Of a stretch of 47,328 nt of DNA, positions 1 through 11,261 are shown piece by piece. The notes beneath the pieces are model-generated. The model was not told the origin of the DNA, searched no databases, and saw nothing but the letters and a program-made list of their open reading frames with translations. The stretch's first letter is position 1. Each line of letters opens with the position of its first letter. A program made the position numbers and the translations under genes. Location: positions 1-47,328 of the forward strand of contig CAMTVO010000058.1 of NCBI GenBank assembly GCA_947085205.1. Reading direction: 5' to 3'. Source of the stretch: an uncultured Nitrospiraceae bacterium (lineage in GTDB: Bacteria > Nitrospirota > Thermodesulfovibrionia > Thermodesulfovibrionales > Dissulfurispiraceae).

Positions 1-99
1 CATAACACTATTGAATCCTCCCTCTGATGTCTACTTTTAGTCTACTTTTAGTCTACTTTTGATTGTCACATACCGTCTACTTTTGATTGTCCCCTAACA
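1..99 (-). mobile_element. Probable IS21-family left end; the transposase gene would start at the window edge
   Basis: Minus strand begins TGTTAGGGGACAATCAAAAGTAGAC at 99. A 17-bp repeat GTCTACTTTTGATTGTC lies at 51-67 and 75-91, with GTCTACTTTT at 29-38 and 40-49. GGAGG and a start codon then point out of the window. A TG terminus with multiple internal repeats is typical of IS21 ends. Confidence 0.6.
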
Positions 100-123
100 T
101 GAGATTGAGAGGGAGGAGATAAT

Positions 124-158
124 AACAGTGAACGGTGAACAGAGAACAGTAAACCGCA
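124..158. repeat. Degenerate heptamer tandem repeat
   Basis: AACAGTG AACGGTG AACAGAG AACAGTA AACCGCA. Confidence 0.7.
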
Positions 159-192
159 GGTTTCCTACAATAAGAATCAGGGAGGTGTTGTG

Positions 193-975
193 ATGAAGGT
201 TTTAAGGATTTTAGGTTTGGCAATTGTTTTGGTGTTAGGCTTTTCAACAGCAAGCATTTATGCTGAGGACAAGGTCACAGGCAGCGCGTCTGTTGGAGTA
301 TTTAACAAGTATATCTTCAGGGGCTATGAGCTGAGTTCAAAGAGCGTTGTGGTTCAGCCTGCTGTTACAGTTTCCTATAAAGGTTTTTTAGTAGGCTTCT
401 GGGGCAATATTGACACCAATGAGCACATAACACAGTCTTTTGCCCCAAATAGGCCGGGTGAAAAGAGCTTTAATGAGGTTGATTTAACCATCAGCTACAC
501 TTACAACATAGAAAAACTTGCCCTTACCGGCGGCTACATTTATTACAGTACAAAGTATGTCCCTGAAACAGAGGAACTGTTTTTAAGTGCAAGTTACGAT
601 GTCATAACAAAACCGACATTGACAATATATCGTGATATAACATCATTCCCAGGCATATATATAAATCTCTCTTTGTCTCACTCGGAGAAGATTTATAAAG
701 ATGTAACCCTTGATCTCGGTGCATCCGCAGGATACTTCGCAGGCGATGACGATTATTTTAGAACAGAGGGCGGCACAGGCAAAAAATACAGGGCATTCCA
801 TGACGGTATGGTAAAGGCTGGCTTTACAATACCTGTGGCAAAGAACCTGTCTGTTCAGCCTGTTGCCCAGTACTGGTTTCCTCTTTCTGACAAGGCAAAG
901 AGACACGGTTATAATCCCAACGGACATCTTGACGATACCTTTGTGTCAGGTATTAACATGACATTTAGCTTTTAG
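193..975 (+). CDS. Putative outer-membrane beta-barrel/porin (TorF/Gcw_chp-like)
   Basis: Signal peptide, N-terminal KYIFRG motif, alternating beta strands, C-terminal Phe, GGAGG at 181-185; directly upstream of amt. Confidence 0.65.
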   Translation: MKVLRILGLAIVLVLGFSTASIYAEDKVTGSASVGVFNKYIFRGYELSSKSVVVQPAVTVSYKGFLVGFWGNIDTNEHITQSFAPNRPGEKSFNEVDLTISYTYNIEKLALTGGYIYYSTKYVPETEELFLSASYDVITKPTLTIYRDITSFPGIYINLSLSHSEKIYKDVTLDLGASAGYFAGDDDYFRTEGGTGKKYRAFHDGMVKAGFTIPVAKNLSVQPVAQYWFPLSDKAKRHGYNPNGHLDDTFVSGINMTFSF

Positions 976-998
976 TGAAAATTTTTACGGAGGTAAAT

Positions 999-2366
999 AT
1001 GAAAAGGTTTATAAGCATAGTATTGATAACGGTTTTGTTAGGTTTTGCGGGTCTTGTGTTTGCAGAGCAGACGACTAACCCTCCGACCCCTGCAATGGCT
1101 GAACAGGTTATGCCTGTTCAGCCGGCACCCCCTGTCACGTCGGCTCCACCGAAAATTGACACAGGTGATACTGCATGGATGATTGTTGCAACAGCCCTTG
1201 TTATGCTTATGACGATTCCGGGGCTGGCGCTCTTTTACGGCGGTCTTTCAAAACGCAAAGACACCCTTAACACAATTGCCATGTCTTTTGTGACATTCTG
1301 CATAGTGAGTGTATTATGGGTAATTTACGGTTACACCTTCGCCTTTGGTACAGATATTTCGGGCATCATAGGAAGCCCGTCAAAGATTCTGCTTACAGGT
1401 GTTGGTGTTAACAGCATTGCGGATGCGGCAAAGACAATACCTGAATATATATTCATTGTCTATCAGATGACCTTTGCTGCAATAACCGTTGCCCTTGTCA
1501 GCGGCGCCTATATTGAAAGGTTGAAGTTCTCTGCGTGGATACTTTTCTCGATATTATGGATGACCCTTGCTTACCTGCCTGTTGCACACTGGGTATGGGG
1601 CGGCGGATTCCTCGCAAAATTAGGCGCGCTTGATTTTGCAGGCGGCACAGTCGTTCATATAAATGCAGGTATCGCAGCGCTTGTAGGCGCATTAATCCTC
1701 GGCAAAAGGCGTGAAATGACACTTATACCTAACAATCTTACTATGGTGGTTACAGGCGCAGGTCTTCTATGGTTCGGATGGTTCGGCTTTAATGCAGGCT
1801 CTGCTCTGGCTGCAAACGGGCTTGCAGGTGCAGCCTTTATAAACACCAATACTGCTACCGCAATTGCAGCAGTTGCATGGATGTTCACAGAATGGATGCA
1901 TTCAAAGAAGCCCACTGTCCTAGGGCTTGCATCAGGCGCTGTAGCTGGACTTGTTGCTATAACGCCGGCAGCAGGTTTTGTAAACATCACCGGCGCAATT
2001 ATCATAGGCCTTGCGGCAGGTGTCGTGTCGTTCTTCTCTGTTGCAGTGATTAAGCCGAAGCTCGGCTATGACGATACTCTCGATGCATTCGGAATTCACG
2101 GCGTTGCCGGTATGCTCGGAGCAATACTTACAGGCGTATTTGCCGACCCATCTATTAACGAAGCAGGCAAGGGATTATTATACGGCAATCCCGGACAGCT
2201 CTGGATCCAGATTGTAGCTGCCGGAGTAACCATAGTTTATACGGCTGTTGTTACTGCGGTCATCTTCATGATAATCAAGACAGTCGTCGGTCTCAGGGTT
2301 GATGTTGAAGAAGAGATTGAAGGGCTTGATGAGAGTCAGCATGGTGAAAAGGCGTATTCTCAATAG
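999..2366 (+). CDS. amtB: Ammonium transporter (Amt family)
   Basis: [39 protein letters not shown] and HGE motifs; ATG at 999 follows GGAGG. Confidence 0.97.
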   Translation: MKRFISIVLITVLLGFAGLVFAEQTTNPPTPAMAEQVMPVQPAPPVTSAPPKIDTGDTAWMIVATALVMLMTIPGLALFYGGLSKRKDTLNTIAMSFVTFCIVSVLWVIYGYTFAFGTDISGIIGSPSKILLTGVGVNSIADAAKTIPEYIFIVYQMTFAAITVALVSGAYIERLKFSAWILFSILWMTLAYLPVAHWVWGGGFLAKLGALDFAGGTVVHINAGIAALVGALILGKRREMTLIPNNLTMVVTGAGLLWFGWFGFNAGSALAANGLAGAAFINTNTATAIAAVAWMFTEWMHSKKPTVLGLASGAVAGLVAITPAAGFVNITGAIIIGLAAGVVSFFSVAVIKPKLGYDDTLDAFGIHGVAGMLGAILTGVFADPSINEAGKGLLYGNPGQLWIQIVAAGVTIVYTAVVTAVIFMIIKTVVGLRVDVEEEIEGLDESQHGEKAYSQ

Positions 2367-2440
2367 ACAGAAGTCAGAAAACAGAAGTCAGACTGTCTGT
2401 CCTCTGTCATCTGAGAGTCTGTCTTCTGTTCTCTGTCCTC
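2367..2440. repeat. Inverted heptamer arrays between convergent amt and dnaJ; possible terminator
   Basis: ACAGAAG TCAGAAA ACAGAAG TCAGA followed by complementary (C/T)TCTGTC-type units. Confidence 0.6.
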
Positions 2441-2452
2441 AAACTTTGCACG

Positions 2453-3577
2453 TTACACCGAAAACAGATCTTTCAGCTTGTTTTTAAAACCTTTTGACTC
2501 CTCGACATTCTCTTCGCTCAGGCTTGCAAATTCTTCGAGAAGTTCTCTCTGACGCGGTGTGAGCTTCTTCGGCACATCGATATAAATGCTGACTATCTGG
2601 TCTCCCCTCTGGTGGCTTCCGAGCCTCGGCATACCCCTGCCCTTCAGATGAAAAGACTTTCCTGAAGAAGTGCCTGCAGGAATCTTGAGCTTGGCAGGCC
2701 CGTTTAGTGTCGGGACTTCTATCTCGCCGCCGAATACAGCCTTTGGAAAGGACAGGGGGATCTGGCAGTATATATTCATGCTTTCTCTTTTAAAGAATGA
2801 ATGCTCATTAACATTTATCACTACATATAAATCACCAGGAGGGCCGCCGTAACTGCCGAAATCTCCTTCGCCGCTTAATCTCAGGCGCGAGCCGTTATCA
2901 ACTCCTGCAGGTATTTTAACGAATATTTCCCTCTGAACCCTGACCTTGCCATTTCCTTTACAGCTTTTGCATGGGTTTGTGATTATCTTTCCTGTGCCCT
3001 GGCACTTTCCGCAGGTCTTTGATACGCTGAAAAAACCCTGCTGAAATCTTATATGCCCTGTGCCTTTGCAGTTTGGGCATGTGGCTGGAGATGTGCCAGG
3101 CTCAGCGCCTATGCCGTTGCAGACATCGCATGTCTGCCATCTCGGAATCTTTATATCTTTTTCTACGCCGAAGGCAGCCTCTTCGAGGGTTATGTTGAGG
3201 TTATACCTTAAATCAGCACCCTTTGTGGGTTTTGCCTTTTTGTATCCTCCTCCGAAGGCTCCGAAAAAGTCGTCAAATATGTCTTCAAAAACATCGGTAA
3301 ATCCGCCAAATCCAGCTCCTGCGCCGAATCCTCCGAAACCCGGGCCGGCTCCGGCTCCAAAGCCTTCGGCAGAGCCGTATCTGTCGTAGTTGGCACGCTT
3401 CTCAGCATCGCTAAGGCAAGTATATGCCTCGTTTATTTCTTTGAATTTCTCCTCTGCTTCCTTGTTTCCCTGATTTCTGTCGGGATGGTATTTTAAGGCT
3501 AATTGCCGGAATGCCTTTTTTAACTCCTCCTGAGCGGCATCCCGGCTGACTCCGAGAATTTTATAATAATCTTTCAT
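2453..3577 (-). CDS. dnaJ: Chaperone DnaJ
   Basis: J-domain with HPD, G/F-rich region, four CxxCxGxG repeats. Confidence 0.98.
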   Translation of the reverse strand: MKDYYKILGVSRDAAQEELKKAFRQLALKYHPDRNQGNKEAEEKFKEINEAYTCLSDAEKRANYDRYGSAEGFGAGAGPGFGGFGAGAGFGGFTDVFEDIFDDFFGAFGGGYKKAKPTKGADLRYNLNITLEEAAFGVEKDIKIPRWQTCDVCNGIGAEPGTSPATCPNCKGTGHIRFQQGFFSVSKTCGKCQGTGKIITNPCKSCKGNGKVRVQREIFVKIPAGVDNGSRLRLSGEGDFGSYGGPPGDLYVVINVNEHSFFKRESMNIYCQIPLSFPKAVFGGEIEVPTLNGPAKLKIPAGTSSGKSFHLKGRGMPRLGSHQRGDQIVSIYIDVPKKLTPRQRELLEEFASLSEENVEESKGFKNKLKDLFSV

Positions 3578-5490
3578 TATTTATTCTTATCCACATTTTC
3601 AAATTCTGCCTCGACCACTTCTTCTTCCGCTGATTTTGCCTTTGACTCTGCGCTTCCAGCTCCTGCGCCGGCTTGCTGCTCCTGCGCTGCCTTGTATATA
3701 TGCTCTGCAATCTTGTGCGATGCCTTTGTAAGCTCCTCTGTTGCTGCCTTGATTTCTGCAGGGTCATTGCTTGTGTCTTTTACCTTCTTGCATCTTTCGA
3801 GGGCTGTCTCAATATCCTTTTTTTCGTCCTCTGTAAGTTTGTCGCCGTAATCCCGCACCGACTTTTCTACGGAATAGACGAGGGTATCCGCGGTATTCCG
3901 CGCCTCCGCGAGTTCTTTTTTCTTGTGATCCTCCGCCGCGTGCGATTCGGCGTCGCGCATCATATTCTTTATTTCGTCCTGAGAAAGACCGCTCGAAGCG
4001 GTAATCCTTATGGACTGCTCCTTGCCTGTGCCTAAATCTTTAGCGGAGACGTGAAGTATGCCGTTTGCGTCGATATCAAATGTAACTTCTACCTGCGGCA
4101 GGCCCCTCGGTGCAGGAGGTATTCCAACGAGCTCGAATACTCCTAAGAGCTTGTTGTCAGCAGCCATATCCCTTTCGCCTTGATACACTTTAATGGTGAC
4201 TGCCGGCTGATTATCGGATGCAGTCGAGAATATCTGTGTCTTTTTTGTAGGGATGGTTGTGTTCCTCTCTATCATCTTTGTGAATATTCCGCCGAGTGTC
4301 TCAATTCCGAGAGAAAGCGGAGTTACATCAAGCAGGAGGACTTCTTTCACCTCTCCCTTTAATACCGCTGCCTGAATAGCAGCGCCCACTGCAACCACTT
4401 CATCAGGATTGACGCCTTTATGTGGCTCTTTGCCGAAATAGCCCTGTACGACCTGCTGTACCTTCGGAGCCCTTGTCTGTCCTCCAACAAGTATAACCTC
4501 GTCTATATTGCCGGTAGAAAAGCCTGCATCAGAAAGCGCTCTCTTGCAAGGCTCTATGGTATTCTGGACAAGGTCGTCGGTAAGCTGCTCAAACTTTGCC
4601 CTTGAAAGCTTCATCAATAAATGCTTCGGCCCTGCGGCATCGGCAGTGATAAACGGAAGGTTTATCTCTGTCTCCGACGCTGTCGAAAGTTCTATCTTAG
4701 CCCTCTCAGCGCCCTCTTTGAGCCTCTGCAAAGCCATCTTATCATTCTTGAGGTCTATGCCCTGCTCTTTTTTGAACTCCTCGACCATCCAGTCTATGAT
4801 TCTCATGTCAAAGTCGTCGCCGCCGAGGTATGTATTGCCGTTTGTGGATTTGACTTCTATGACTCCCTCTCCGATTTCGAGCACTGAGACATCAAACGTT
4901 CCTCCGCCGAGGTCGTATACAGCAACCCTTTCTTCCTTCTTTTTCTCAAGACCGTATGCAAGGGCTGCTGCAGTAGGCTCATTTATGATTCTAAGAACAT
5001 TCAGTCCTGCGATCTGTCCTGCGTCCTTTGTTGCCTGCCTCTGGCTGTCGTCAAAATATGCAGGAACGGTAATAACAGCCTCTGTAACAGTCTCGCCGAG
5101 ATAGTCTTCTGCTGCCTGTTTCAGCTTCTGGAGTATCATTGCAGAAATCTCGGGCGGGGAATATTTCTTGCCCCTCACCTCTACATGGGCATCTCCGTTT
5201 GGCACCTCAACTATATGATACGGAAGCCTCTTTTTCGCATGGTCAACCTCAGGGGAATTATATTTTCTTCCCATGAGCCTCTTTATGGAAAAAATCGTGT
5301 TTTCTGGGTTTGTTATGGCCTGCCTCTTTGCTATCTGTCCTACAAGCCTTTCACCTTTTTCTGTGAATGCGACAACAGAGGGTGTTGTCCTGTTGCCTTC
5401 CTGATTTGGTATTACTATCGGTTCGCCGCCTATTACAACCGCAACAACCGAGTTCGTGGTACCGAGATCTATTCCTATTGCCTTTCCCAT
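3577..5490 (-). CDS. dnaK: Chaperone DnaK (Hsp70)
   Basis: [18 protein letters not shown] and TVPAYF motifs; start MGKAIG at 5490 after GGAGG. Confidence 0.99.
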   Translation of the reverse strand: MGKAIGIDLGTTNSVVAVVIGGEPIVIPNQEGNRTTPSVVAFTEKGERLVGQIAKRQAITNPENTIFSIKRLMGRKYNSPEVDHAKKRLPYHIVEVPNGDAHVEVRGKKYSPPEISAMILQKLKQAAEDYLGETVTEAVITVPAYFDDSQRQATKDAGQIAGLNVLRIINEPTAAALAYGLEKKKEERVAVYDLGGGTFDVSVLEIGEGVIEVKSTNGNTYLGGDDFDMRIIDWMVEEFKKEQGIDLKNDKMALQRLKEGAERAKIELSTASETEINLPFITADAAGPKHLLMKLSRAKFEQLTDDLVQNTIEPCKRALSDAGFSTGNIDEVILVGGQTRAPKVQQVVQGYFGKEPHKGVNPDEVVAVGAAIQAAVLKGEVKEVLLLDVTPLSLGIETLGGIFTKMIERNTTIPTKKTQIFSTASDNQPAVTIKVYQGERDMAADNKLLGVFELVGIPPAPRGLPQVEVTFDIDANGILHVSAKDLGTGKEQSIRITASSGLSQDEIKNMMRDAESHAAEDHKKKELAEARNTADTLVYSVEKSVRDYGDKLTEDEKKDIETALERCKKVKDTSNDPAEIKAATEELTKASHKIAEHIYKAAQEQQAGAGAGSAESKAKSAEEEVVEAEFENVDKNK

Positions 5491-5539
5491 TTTATTTCCT
5501 CCTTGTTTATTTTTAAATTTCTTTTCTTGCTTTTGACTG

Positions 5540-6067
5540 TCAATTGCCCTTTTTAGACACTGCCACAAGTGACGGCCTTAAGACTTTTTCATTATATAGA
5601 TACCCTTTTCTGAACTCCTCAACCACCGTATTGCTCTCGACATCATCCCTTTCGGCCTGAGACATTGCATGATGGTATGCAGGGTCAAAAGGCTTGCCGA
5701 GCGCCTCTATGGCTGTGAGCCCGAATTTTTCGAGTGTCCTGTTCAGCTCCCTGAGTGTATTTTCAACACCCTTTATTAGGGACTCAGAGTTTTTCTCTGC
5801 TGAATGTTTTAATGCCATTTCAAGATTATCCAGCGCAGGCAAAAGCTCGTAAATCAAAGACTCATTGGAATACTTTATGAGATCTTCCCTGTCCTTCTGC
5901 ACCTTTTTCTTGTAATTTTCGAATTCGGCATAGAGCCTAAGATATTTATCCTTTATATCTGCAAGCTCTGCCTGTATAGACTTCACGGCCTCTGCAGTTT
6001 TATCTTCAACTTCGAGAGAGATCCCTATTTCTTCAGGTCTTTGTGTTTCTTCGTTTTTCTCTGTCAT
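5540..6067 (-). CDS. grpE: Nucleotide exchange factor GrpE
   Basis: [22 protein letters not shown]...LRPSLVAV; lies between hrcA and dnaK. Confidence 0.96.
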   Translation of the reverse strand: MTEKNEETQRPEEIGISLEVEDKTAEAVKSIQAELADIKDKYLRLYAEFENYKKKVQKDREDLIKYSNESLIYELLPALDNLEMALKHSAEKNSESLIKGVENTLRELNRTLEKFGLTAIEALGKPFDPAYHHAMSQAERDDVESNTVVEEFRKGYLYNEKVLRPSLVAVSKKGN

Positions 6068-6084
6068 AAAACAGCCTCCAATAA

Positions 6085-7131
6085 TCAATCAAATGTCCTG
6101 CTTATGCACCTTGCAATTGTATCCACCATATATATGGCCCTTGAATAATCCATCCTCGTAGGTCCTATCAATGCAATGACGCCCATCGGCCTGTCTTTTT
6201 CCCGATATGTCGATGCCACTACGCTAAGATTCTTCAGTTCTTCAACAGGATTTTCATTGCCTATGAAGACCCGCACCCCTTTTGAATCAGAAAACTCGTC
6301 AAGGAGCTTAAGTATTATATGCTTGTCCTTTATTGCCCTCGATATCTCCCTGATTTTCGATATCTCCGAAAAGTCCGGCAGATTCATCATTTCGTAAAGC
6401 CCGGATACATAAACATCATCCCCCGAAAATGATATTGCCTGCTCGTATATCTTTATTGCCCTTGCTATAAGCTTGTCCCAGACAGCCTTTTCTCCATGGG
6501 CCTTTTTTATGAGCATGTTTTTTATCTCGTCGATGGTGTGGCCTAAGCATTCGGAGTTAAGATATTCGGCAATCCTGTTGAGGTCTTCCTGAGTAAACCT
6601 CGAATCCACAGAAAGGATTTTATTTTTGATAACCCCTTCCTCTGTCAATAAGATCGTTACTACCTTGTCTCCCTTGTACCTGATAAAGTCTATCCTGTTA
6701 AATGTCGTCTTTTCAGGCTTCGGCGGGGTAACAACACCGATATAGTTAGACATCATCGAAAGGGAGTTTGTTACCTCCAAAAACATGCTGTTGATGTCGC
6801 TTCTTATATTCTCAAGCCTCTTAGTCAATTGGCAAATGAATTCGCCCATTAACTCGTTGTCTTCACTGATAACATTACTATCAGGAAGCGAGTCCACATA
6901 GAACCTGTAGCCCTTGTCGGTAGGGACCCTGCCTGCAGAGGTATGGGGCTGGCTCAAAAAGCCGAGGTCATCCAGATCGGCCATGATGTTTCTTACAGTA
7001 GCCGGTGAAAAACCAAAAGAATACTTTCTTGTTACAAATTTTGAACCGACCGGCTCCAGTTTGCTTATATAGCTCTGGACAACCGCATAGAGAATCTGCT
7101 TGCTTCTCTCATCCAAAAATCCCATCACCAT
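6085..7131 (-). CDS. hrcA: Heat-inducible transcription repressor HrcA
   Basis: SPATVRNIMADL, QPHTSAGRVPTDKGYRFYVD, IGPTRMDY; start could be 7125. Confidence 0.97.
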   Translation of the reverse strand: MVMGFLDERSKQILYAVVQSYISKLEPVGSKFVTRKYSFGFSPATVRNIMADLDDLGFLSQPHTSAGRVPTDKGYRFYVDSLPDSNVISEDNELMGEFICQLTKRLENIRSDINSMFLEVTNSLSMMSNYIGVVTPPKPEKTTFNRIDFIRYKGDKVVTILLTEEGVIKNKILSVDSRFTQEDLNRIAEYLNSECLGHTIDEIKNMLIKKAHGEKAVWDKLIARAIKIYEQAISFSGDDVYVSGLYEMMNLPDFSEISKIREISRAIKDKHIILKLLDEFSDSKGVRVFIGNENPVEELKNLSVVASTYREKDRPMGVIALIGPTRMDYSRAIYMVDTIARCISRTFD

Positions 7132-7159
7132 AGTAGTTTATCGCCCTGAAAATAAATTA

Positions 7160-7186
7160 TTAGCACTCTCATCATGAGAGTGCTAA
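7160..7186. promoter_or_regulatory. CIRCE element (HrcA operator)
   Basis: Perfect TTAGCACTC-N9-GAGTGCTAA upstream of hrcA; minus-strand TTGACA at 7217-7212. Confidence 0.97.
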
Positions 7187-7224
7187 TAATTTAACAAGTA
7201 ACAAATAACCGTGTCAAGGATATG

Positions 7225-8061
7225 CTACCACTGCAATTTTCTCTGCATCAGCCTCTCATACATCTTTGGCGGCATAAATGCCTGCTGGTGTATCTCATCA
7301 CTATAGTATCTGGTATCTATCTTGTATTCCCTCCTCATCTGCCTCAAATCATGCTTTTTTGATGCAGCAGAGAATGTCCACCAGTTTCCTGAATATGTGG
7401 CTATGGAAGCAGTATAAAGGTCAACTATTGGGAATATGAGCTTCATAGCCTCCTGAACCTCTATGACCAAATCTTTATGGAAATGGAGTGATTCGGAAAG
7501 GGTAACAAACATCCCGTCCTCGGTGAGGCAGTCCTTTACCGATTTGAAGAACTCGACAGTAAAAAGACTCTTTGCAAAACCTACAATGTCAGTAGAGTCA
7601 ACGATTACCGCGTCTATATCACCTTCCCTTCCCTTTACAAACTCCGCGCCGTCCATGCATTTTATCTCAACACGTTTGTCATCAACGCCGCATGTCACTG
7701 TCGGGAAAAATTTCTTGGATACATTTATTACCTCTTCGTCTATCTCAATGAAATAGACCTTTTCTACAGAGTCGTGCTTTAAAACTTCTCTTACAGTTCC
7801 GCCGTCTCCTCCGCCTATAACTATGACATTCTTGGGATTCGGATGGGCATGCATAACAGGATGCACCAGCATCTCGTGATAGAAAAACTCGTCCCTCTCT
7901 GTTATCTGGACAACTCCATCGAGGATGAGCATCTTTCTGAAATAAGGGTTCTCGATAACCATTATCTCCTGAAATTCACTCTTGCTCTTATGAAGCACAT
8001 TTTCCACTTCGTATACATATTGAATCGGCGCATACGGGTCTTTTTCAAAAAACTTGATCAT
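7225..8061 (-). CDS. speE: Spermidine synthase / polyamine aminopropyltransferase
   Basis: LDGVVQ, YHEMLVH, VIGGGDGGTVRE, IVDSTD. Confidence 0.93.
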   Translation of the reverse strand: MIKFFEKDPYAPIQYVYEVENVLHKSKSEFQEIMVIENPYFRKMLILDGVVQITERDEFFYHEMLVHPVMHAHPNPKNVIVIGGGDGGTVREVLKHDSVEKVYFIEIDEEVINVSKKFFPTVTCGVDDKRVEIKCMDGAEFVKGREGDIDAVIVDSTDIVGFAKSLFTVEFFKSVKDCLTEDGMFVTLSESLHFHKDLVIEVQEAMKLIFPIVDLYTASIATYSGNWWTFSAASKKHDLRQMRREYKIDTRYYSDEIHQQAFMPPKMYERLMQRKLQW

Positions 8062-8131
8062 GTTATTACCTCCAAAGTATATTATTGCTCACTGACATAT
8101 GTCTTGCAAGCTGAATTTAATTTATACCCAA

Positions 8132-8249
8132 TTAGTGCGGCATTAGTGCGACAGTTCGGCAGTGCGACAGTTTTTTATAAGGATAATTTATTCCTTAATG
8201 TAGCTATCGCACTGTCGCTCTATTAACTGTAGCACTGATGTCGCACTAA
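8132..8249. repeat. MITE/REP-like long imperfect inverted repeat
   Basis: The left arm TTAGTGCGGCATTAGTGCGACAGTT matches the reverse complement of the right arm (TTAGTGCGACATCAGTGCTACAGTT) at 22/25; internal AGTGCG units. Confidence 0.65.
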
Positions 8250-8294
8250 ATTGTCTTTGAGCAGTGCCTGACTCATAAAATCGCTTAACTTAGG

Positions 8295-9428
8295 TCATAT
8301 CAAAATCGTCTTTGGTATTGAAAAACCGTTAAACTCAGATGCATACGAAATCGTGTATGCGCCGCTCGAAAGTATCAATATCCTGTTGCCGACCTCCGGC
8401 TCCGGCAGTTCAACCTCTTTGTCTATTACATCAAAGCTGTCGCAGCTCGGCCCGGCAATTATCCAGCTTTTCGGCTCGTTCCTGCTTCCGACAATATAGG
8501 TATATTTGATTCCTCCAATGCTCTCCATAAGGCCGTTAAATACACCCACATCAATGTAAAGCCAGTTTTCATCCCCTCGTGCTGCCTTTCCTATAACCGT
8601 CGAGACAAAGATCCCCGCATCCCCGACAACAGCCCTTCCGGGTTCTATGAATATCTCTATATCCTCTGAAAATTTCTGGTATATGACCTTATTAACTTTT
8701 TTCTCTATTGTCTCGACATCCACAACATTCTTTGTATAGCGGATGGGATAGCCTCCGCCGATGTTGAGCATCCTCAATTGTATCCCGTTTTGCTCCGCAA
8801 TATCCCATAGATCCCTTGCCTTGTCAACTGCTGTGTTCCAGTTATAAACATTGTTGCACTGTGAGCCGACATGAAAGGTAATGCCCACAGGATTAAGCCC
8901 CTTTTCCTTTGCATAAATGAGCAATTCTGCCGCATAATCCAGCTCAACGCCAAATTTCTTGCTTAAAGGCCATTCGCTCCCCTCATTCGGGACAGTCAGC
9001 CTCACATATACATTACATCCCGGGGCATATCTTGCGAGCTTCTCGACCTCCACGGTAGAGTCATAGGCAAAATAATTGACTCCGTAATCGACTGCCTGCT
9101 CTAAGAATTTAAAGGTCTTCATGGGATTGCTTGTGATAATCCTTTCGGGCTCGGCTCCAAGGGAGGCAAGTATCTGCAATTCTCCCTCTGATGCTATCTC
9201 AAAGCCTGTGCCGAGGGTATTTAAAAACCTCAAGACCTCCACATCGGGATTTGCCTTGACAGCGTAGAAAACCTTTGAATTTTTAATGTTCTTGCCTATT
9301 ACAGAGACCTTTTCACGTATGACTTCCTTATCAATAAGCAGATACGGTGGAAGCTCATCGCTTAAGGCTATATAATTAAGCACCTTATTCCATGTTGATT
9401 TCTTAACAAAGTCAGAAGGTATTTCCAT
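8295..9428 (-). CDS. PLP-dependent ornithine/lysine decarboxylase (alanine-racemase-barrel fold)
   Basis: YAVKAN, FHVGSQ, NIGGG, EPGR, GPSCDSFD; adjacent to speE. Confidence 0.88.
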   Translation of the reverse strand: MEIPSDFVKKSTWNKVLNYIALSDELPPYLLIDKEVIREKVSVIGKNIKNSKVFYAVKANPDVEVLRFLNTLGTGFEIASEGELQILASLGAEPERIITSNPMKTFKFLEQAVDYGVNYFAYDSTVEVEKLARYAPGCNVYVRLTVPNEGSEWPLSKKFGVELDYAAELLIYAKEKGLNPVGITFHVGSQCNNVYNWNTAVDKARDLWDIAEQNGIQLRMLNIGGGYPIRYTKNVVDVETIEKKVNKVIYQKFSEDIEIFIEPGRAVVGDAGIFVSTVIGKAARGDENWLYIDVGVFNGLMESIGGIKYTYIVGSRNEPKSWIIAGPSCDSFDVIDKEVELPEPEVGNRILILSSGAYTISYASEFNGFSIPKTILI

Positions 9429-9628
9429 ATCTTGCTCCGCCTAATTTACTATCCCATTTACAAATGGAGTGATTATTATATAATAAATTCCAATAGATTA
9501 TACAGTGCGCATCTTCATCCGAAAAATAGACATAGAAAACTGTCATTCCTTATAATCCCCCTCCCGTCAACAGGCTGTCCGACAATTACCCGAAAATCTA
9601 ACGATAATAATGTGATTTTGCTTTAAAG

Positions 9629-9652
9629 TAAAGGGGACGGTTCTCTTTAGTT
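9629..9652. repeat. 24-bp hairpin-forming dispersed repeat, copy 1
   Basis: TAAAGGGGACGGTTCTCTTTAGTT, identical at 25075-25098. Confidence 0.8.
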
Positions 9653-9694
9653 CTTGTACTTTGGCAAGTGGAGGTTTCAAAAAACTAACGGGGA

Positions 9695-11131
9695 TTAAAT
9701 CTTTTTGGTCTTGTTTTTACTCTTTGTTTTACTGCCTTTCTTATTGGAAGCCTTTTTACCGGATTTATCCGATTTCTTTGAAGATGTCTTCTTGTAAGAC
9801 ACCTTTTTTGCCGACATTTTATCGTCTATATCTGCATAATACTTCCCTTTCGGAGGTATCTTTATATCTTCCCCTGCCTCAAGCGTTTCGATGCCAGCCA
9901 TAGAATTCATTGCAAGGATAACATTCACAGGAACACCGATATTCTTCGCTACTTTCTTCACATTATCCCCTTTTTTGACCCTGTATGTGTCTATGCTGAA
10001 CCTCTTTTCTACAGGAATCTTGCTGAGATTTTCAATGAAGATATCCTTGCTTCCCTGCGGCAGTCTGATGGTGTAGCTTGAAACATTCGGCGGTGTGCCC
10101 CATCTCCTTAATTCTGGGTTTAGCTCCCTTATCTCTTTGGCTGTAGTCTCGGCGCACTGGGCTATTATATCGATATCGACCGGCGAATTAAGAGTCACCT
10201 CCTCATATTCCAGAGGCTCATGATACTTTAGATTATGGAATCCGTATTTCTCCGGCGTACTCGCTATCATTGATGCGGCGATGTACCTCGGCACATATTC
10301 CTGCGTCTCTTTTGGTATTTTTTGCGCTGACTTAAGATGCCAGAAATCGTCATTATTTGCCTTTTTAATCGCCCGTCCGATTCTGCCCTCACCAGCGTTG
10401 TATGCTGCAAGGGCGAGCTTCCAAGAGCCAAACATTCCATATAAATCCTTCAGATAATCCGCTGCGGCCTGCGTTGATTTAACAGGGTCTTTTCTCTCAT
10501 CTCTCCACCAGTCTATGACTAATCCGTATCTCTTGCCAGTCGAGGCTATAAACTGCCACGGGCCTACAGCCCTTGCCCTTGAATATGCATTCAGGTTAAA
10601 CCCGCTCTCCACTATAGGCAGGAATACCAGTTCTTCAGGCATCCCTTTCTCCCTTAGAACATCCTGCATTATCTCCACATATTTTGCTGACCTCTCAAGC
10701 CAAACAGAAAATGTTTTCTTAATCCTGTCTTTAAAAAGGCTTATATTCTTATCTATTGCTTTTATGGCCGTCTCATTGGATTTATAAGATATGCCGAGGG
10801 GTGCATTTGCATTTTTATCCTGATTATCATTGGATGCGGCCGCAGTATTCTGTTTATCTTCAGCAGTGACCGAAGCCTTGTCGCTGTGGGATTGGTTATG
10901 CAAGGATTCTGGTGTCTCGACGGTCTTTTGAGAGACAATAGCATGCCTTTCTGGAGATAGCTCTGCAATAATAATTACGGAGCCATCCTGTTTGGGCTTT
11001 AGTTCTGAATTGGCGGCTGCCAGTGCGGTTGATAATTCGGCAGTGCTTTTGCTTGCATTAGCATAAGCAGGAGCAACAGCACAAAGCAGTAAGCAGTAAG
11101 CAATAAGCAGTAAAAAAACACCGTGCAGCAT
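9695..11131 (-). CDS. mltD: Lytic murein transglycosylase with LysM domain (MltD-like)
   Basis: SLT motifs [29 protein letters not shown]; LysM and Lys-rich tail; start uncertain (11131, 11203 or 11233). Confidence 0.85.
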   Translation of the reverse strand: MLHGVFLLLIAYCLLLCAVAPAYANASKSTAELSTALAAANSELKPKQDGSVIIIAELSPERHAIVSQKTVETPESLHNQSHSDKASVTAEDKQNTAAASNDNQDKNANAPLGISYKSNETAIKAIDKNISLFKDRIKKTFSVWLERSAKYVEIMQDVLREKGMPEELVFLPIVESGFNLNAYSRARAVGPWQFIASTGKRYGLVIDWWRDERKDPVKSTQAAADYLKDLYGMFGSWKLALAAYNAGEGRIGRAIKKANNDDFWHLKSAQKIPKETQEYVPRYIAASMIASTPEKYGFHNLKYHEPLEYEEVTLNSPVDIDIIAQCAETTAKEIRELNPELRRWGTPPNVSSYTIRLPQGSKDIFIENLSKIPVEKRFSIDTYRVKKGDNVKKVAKNIGVPVNVILAMNSMAGIETLEAGEDIKIPPKGKYYADIDDKMSAKKVSYKKTSSKKSDKSGKKASNKKGSKTKSKNKTKKI

Positions 11132-11261
11132 TTTATCTGTAAACAAAAATTCCGTGTTTTTTGTGGACTGTGGACAGTGAACCGCTGACTGCTGTCTGTT
11201 CATACAGGTATATTTGTAACCCATATTGCCCAAAATGTCAAGAATTTTATTTATATTTATA

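Noticed and set aside
29..91. Short direct repeats as a CRISPR array
   Set aside because: Units are 10-17 bp with 1-7 bp gaps and no spacers; they fit an IS end better.
4508..5104. 198-aa plus-strand ORF and similar ORFs opposite dnaK/dnaJ
   Set aside because: Typical antisense shadows of conserved genes.
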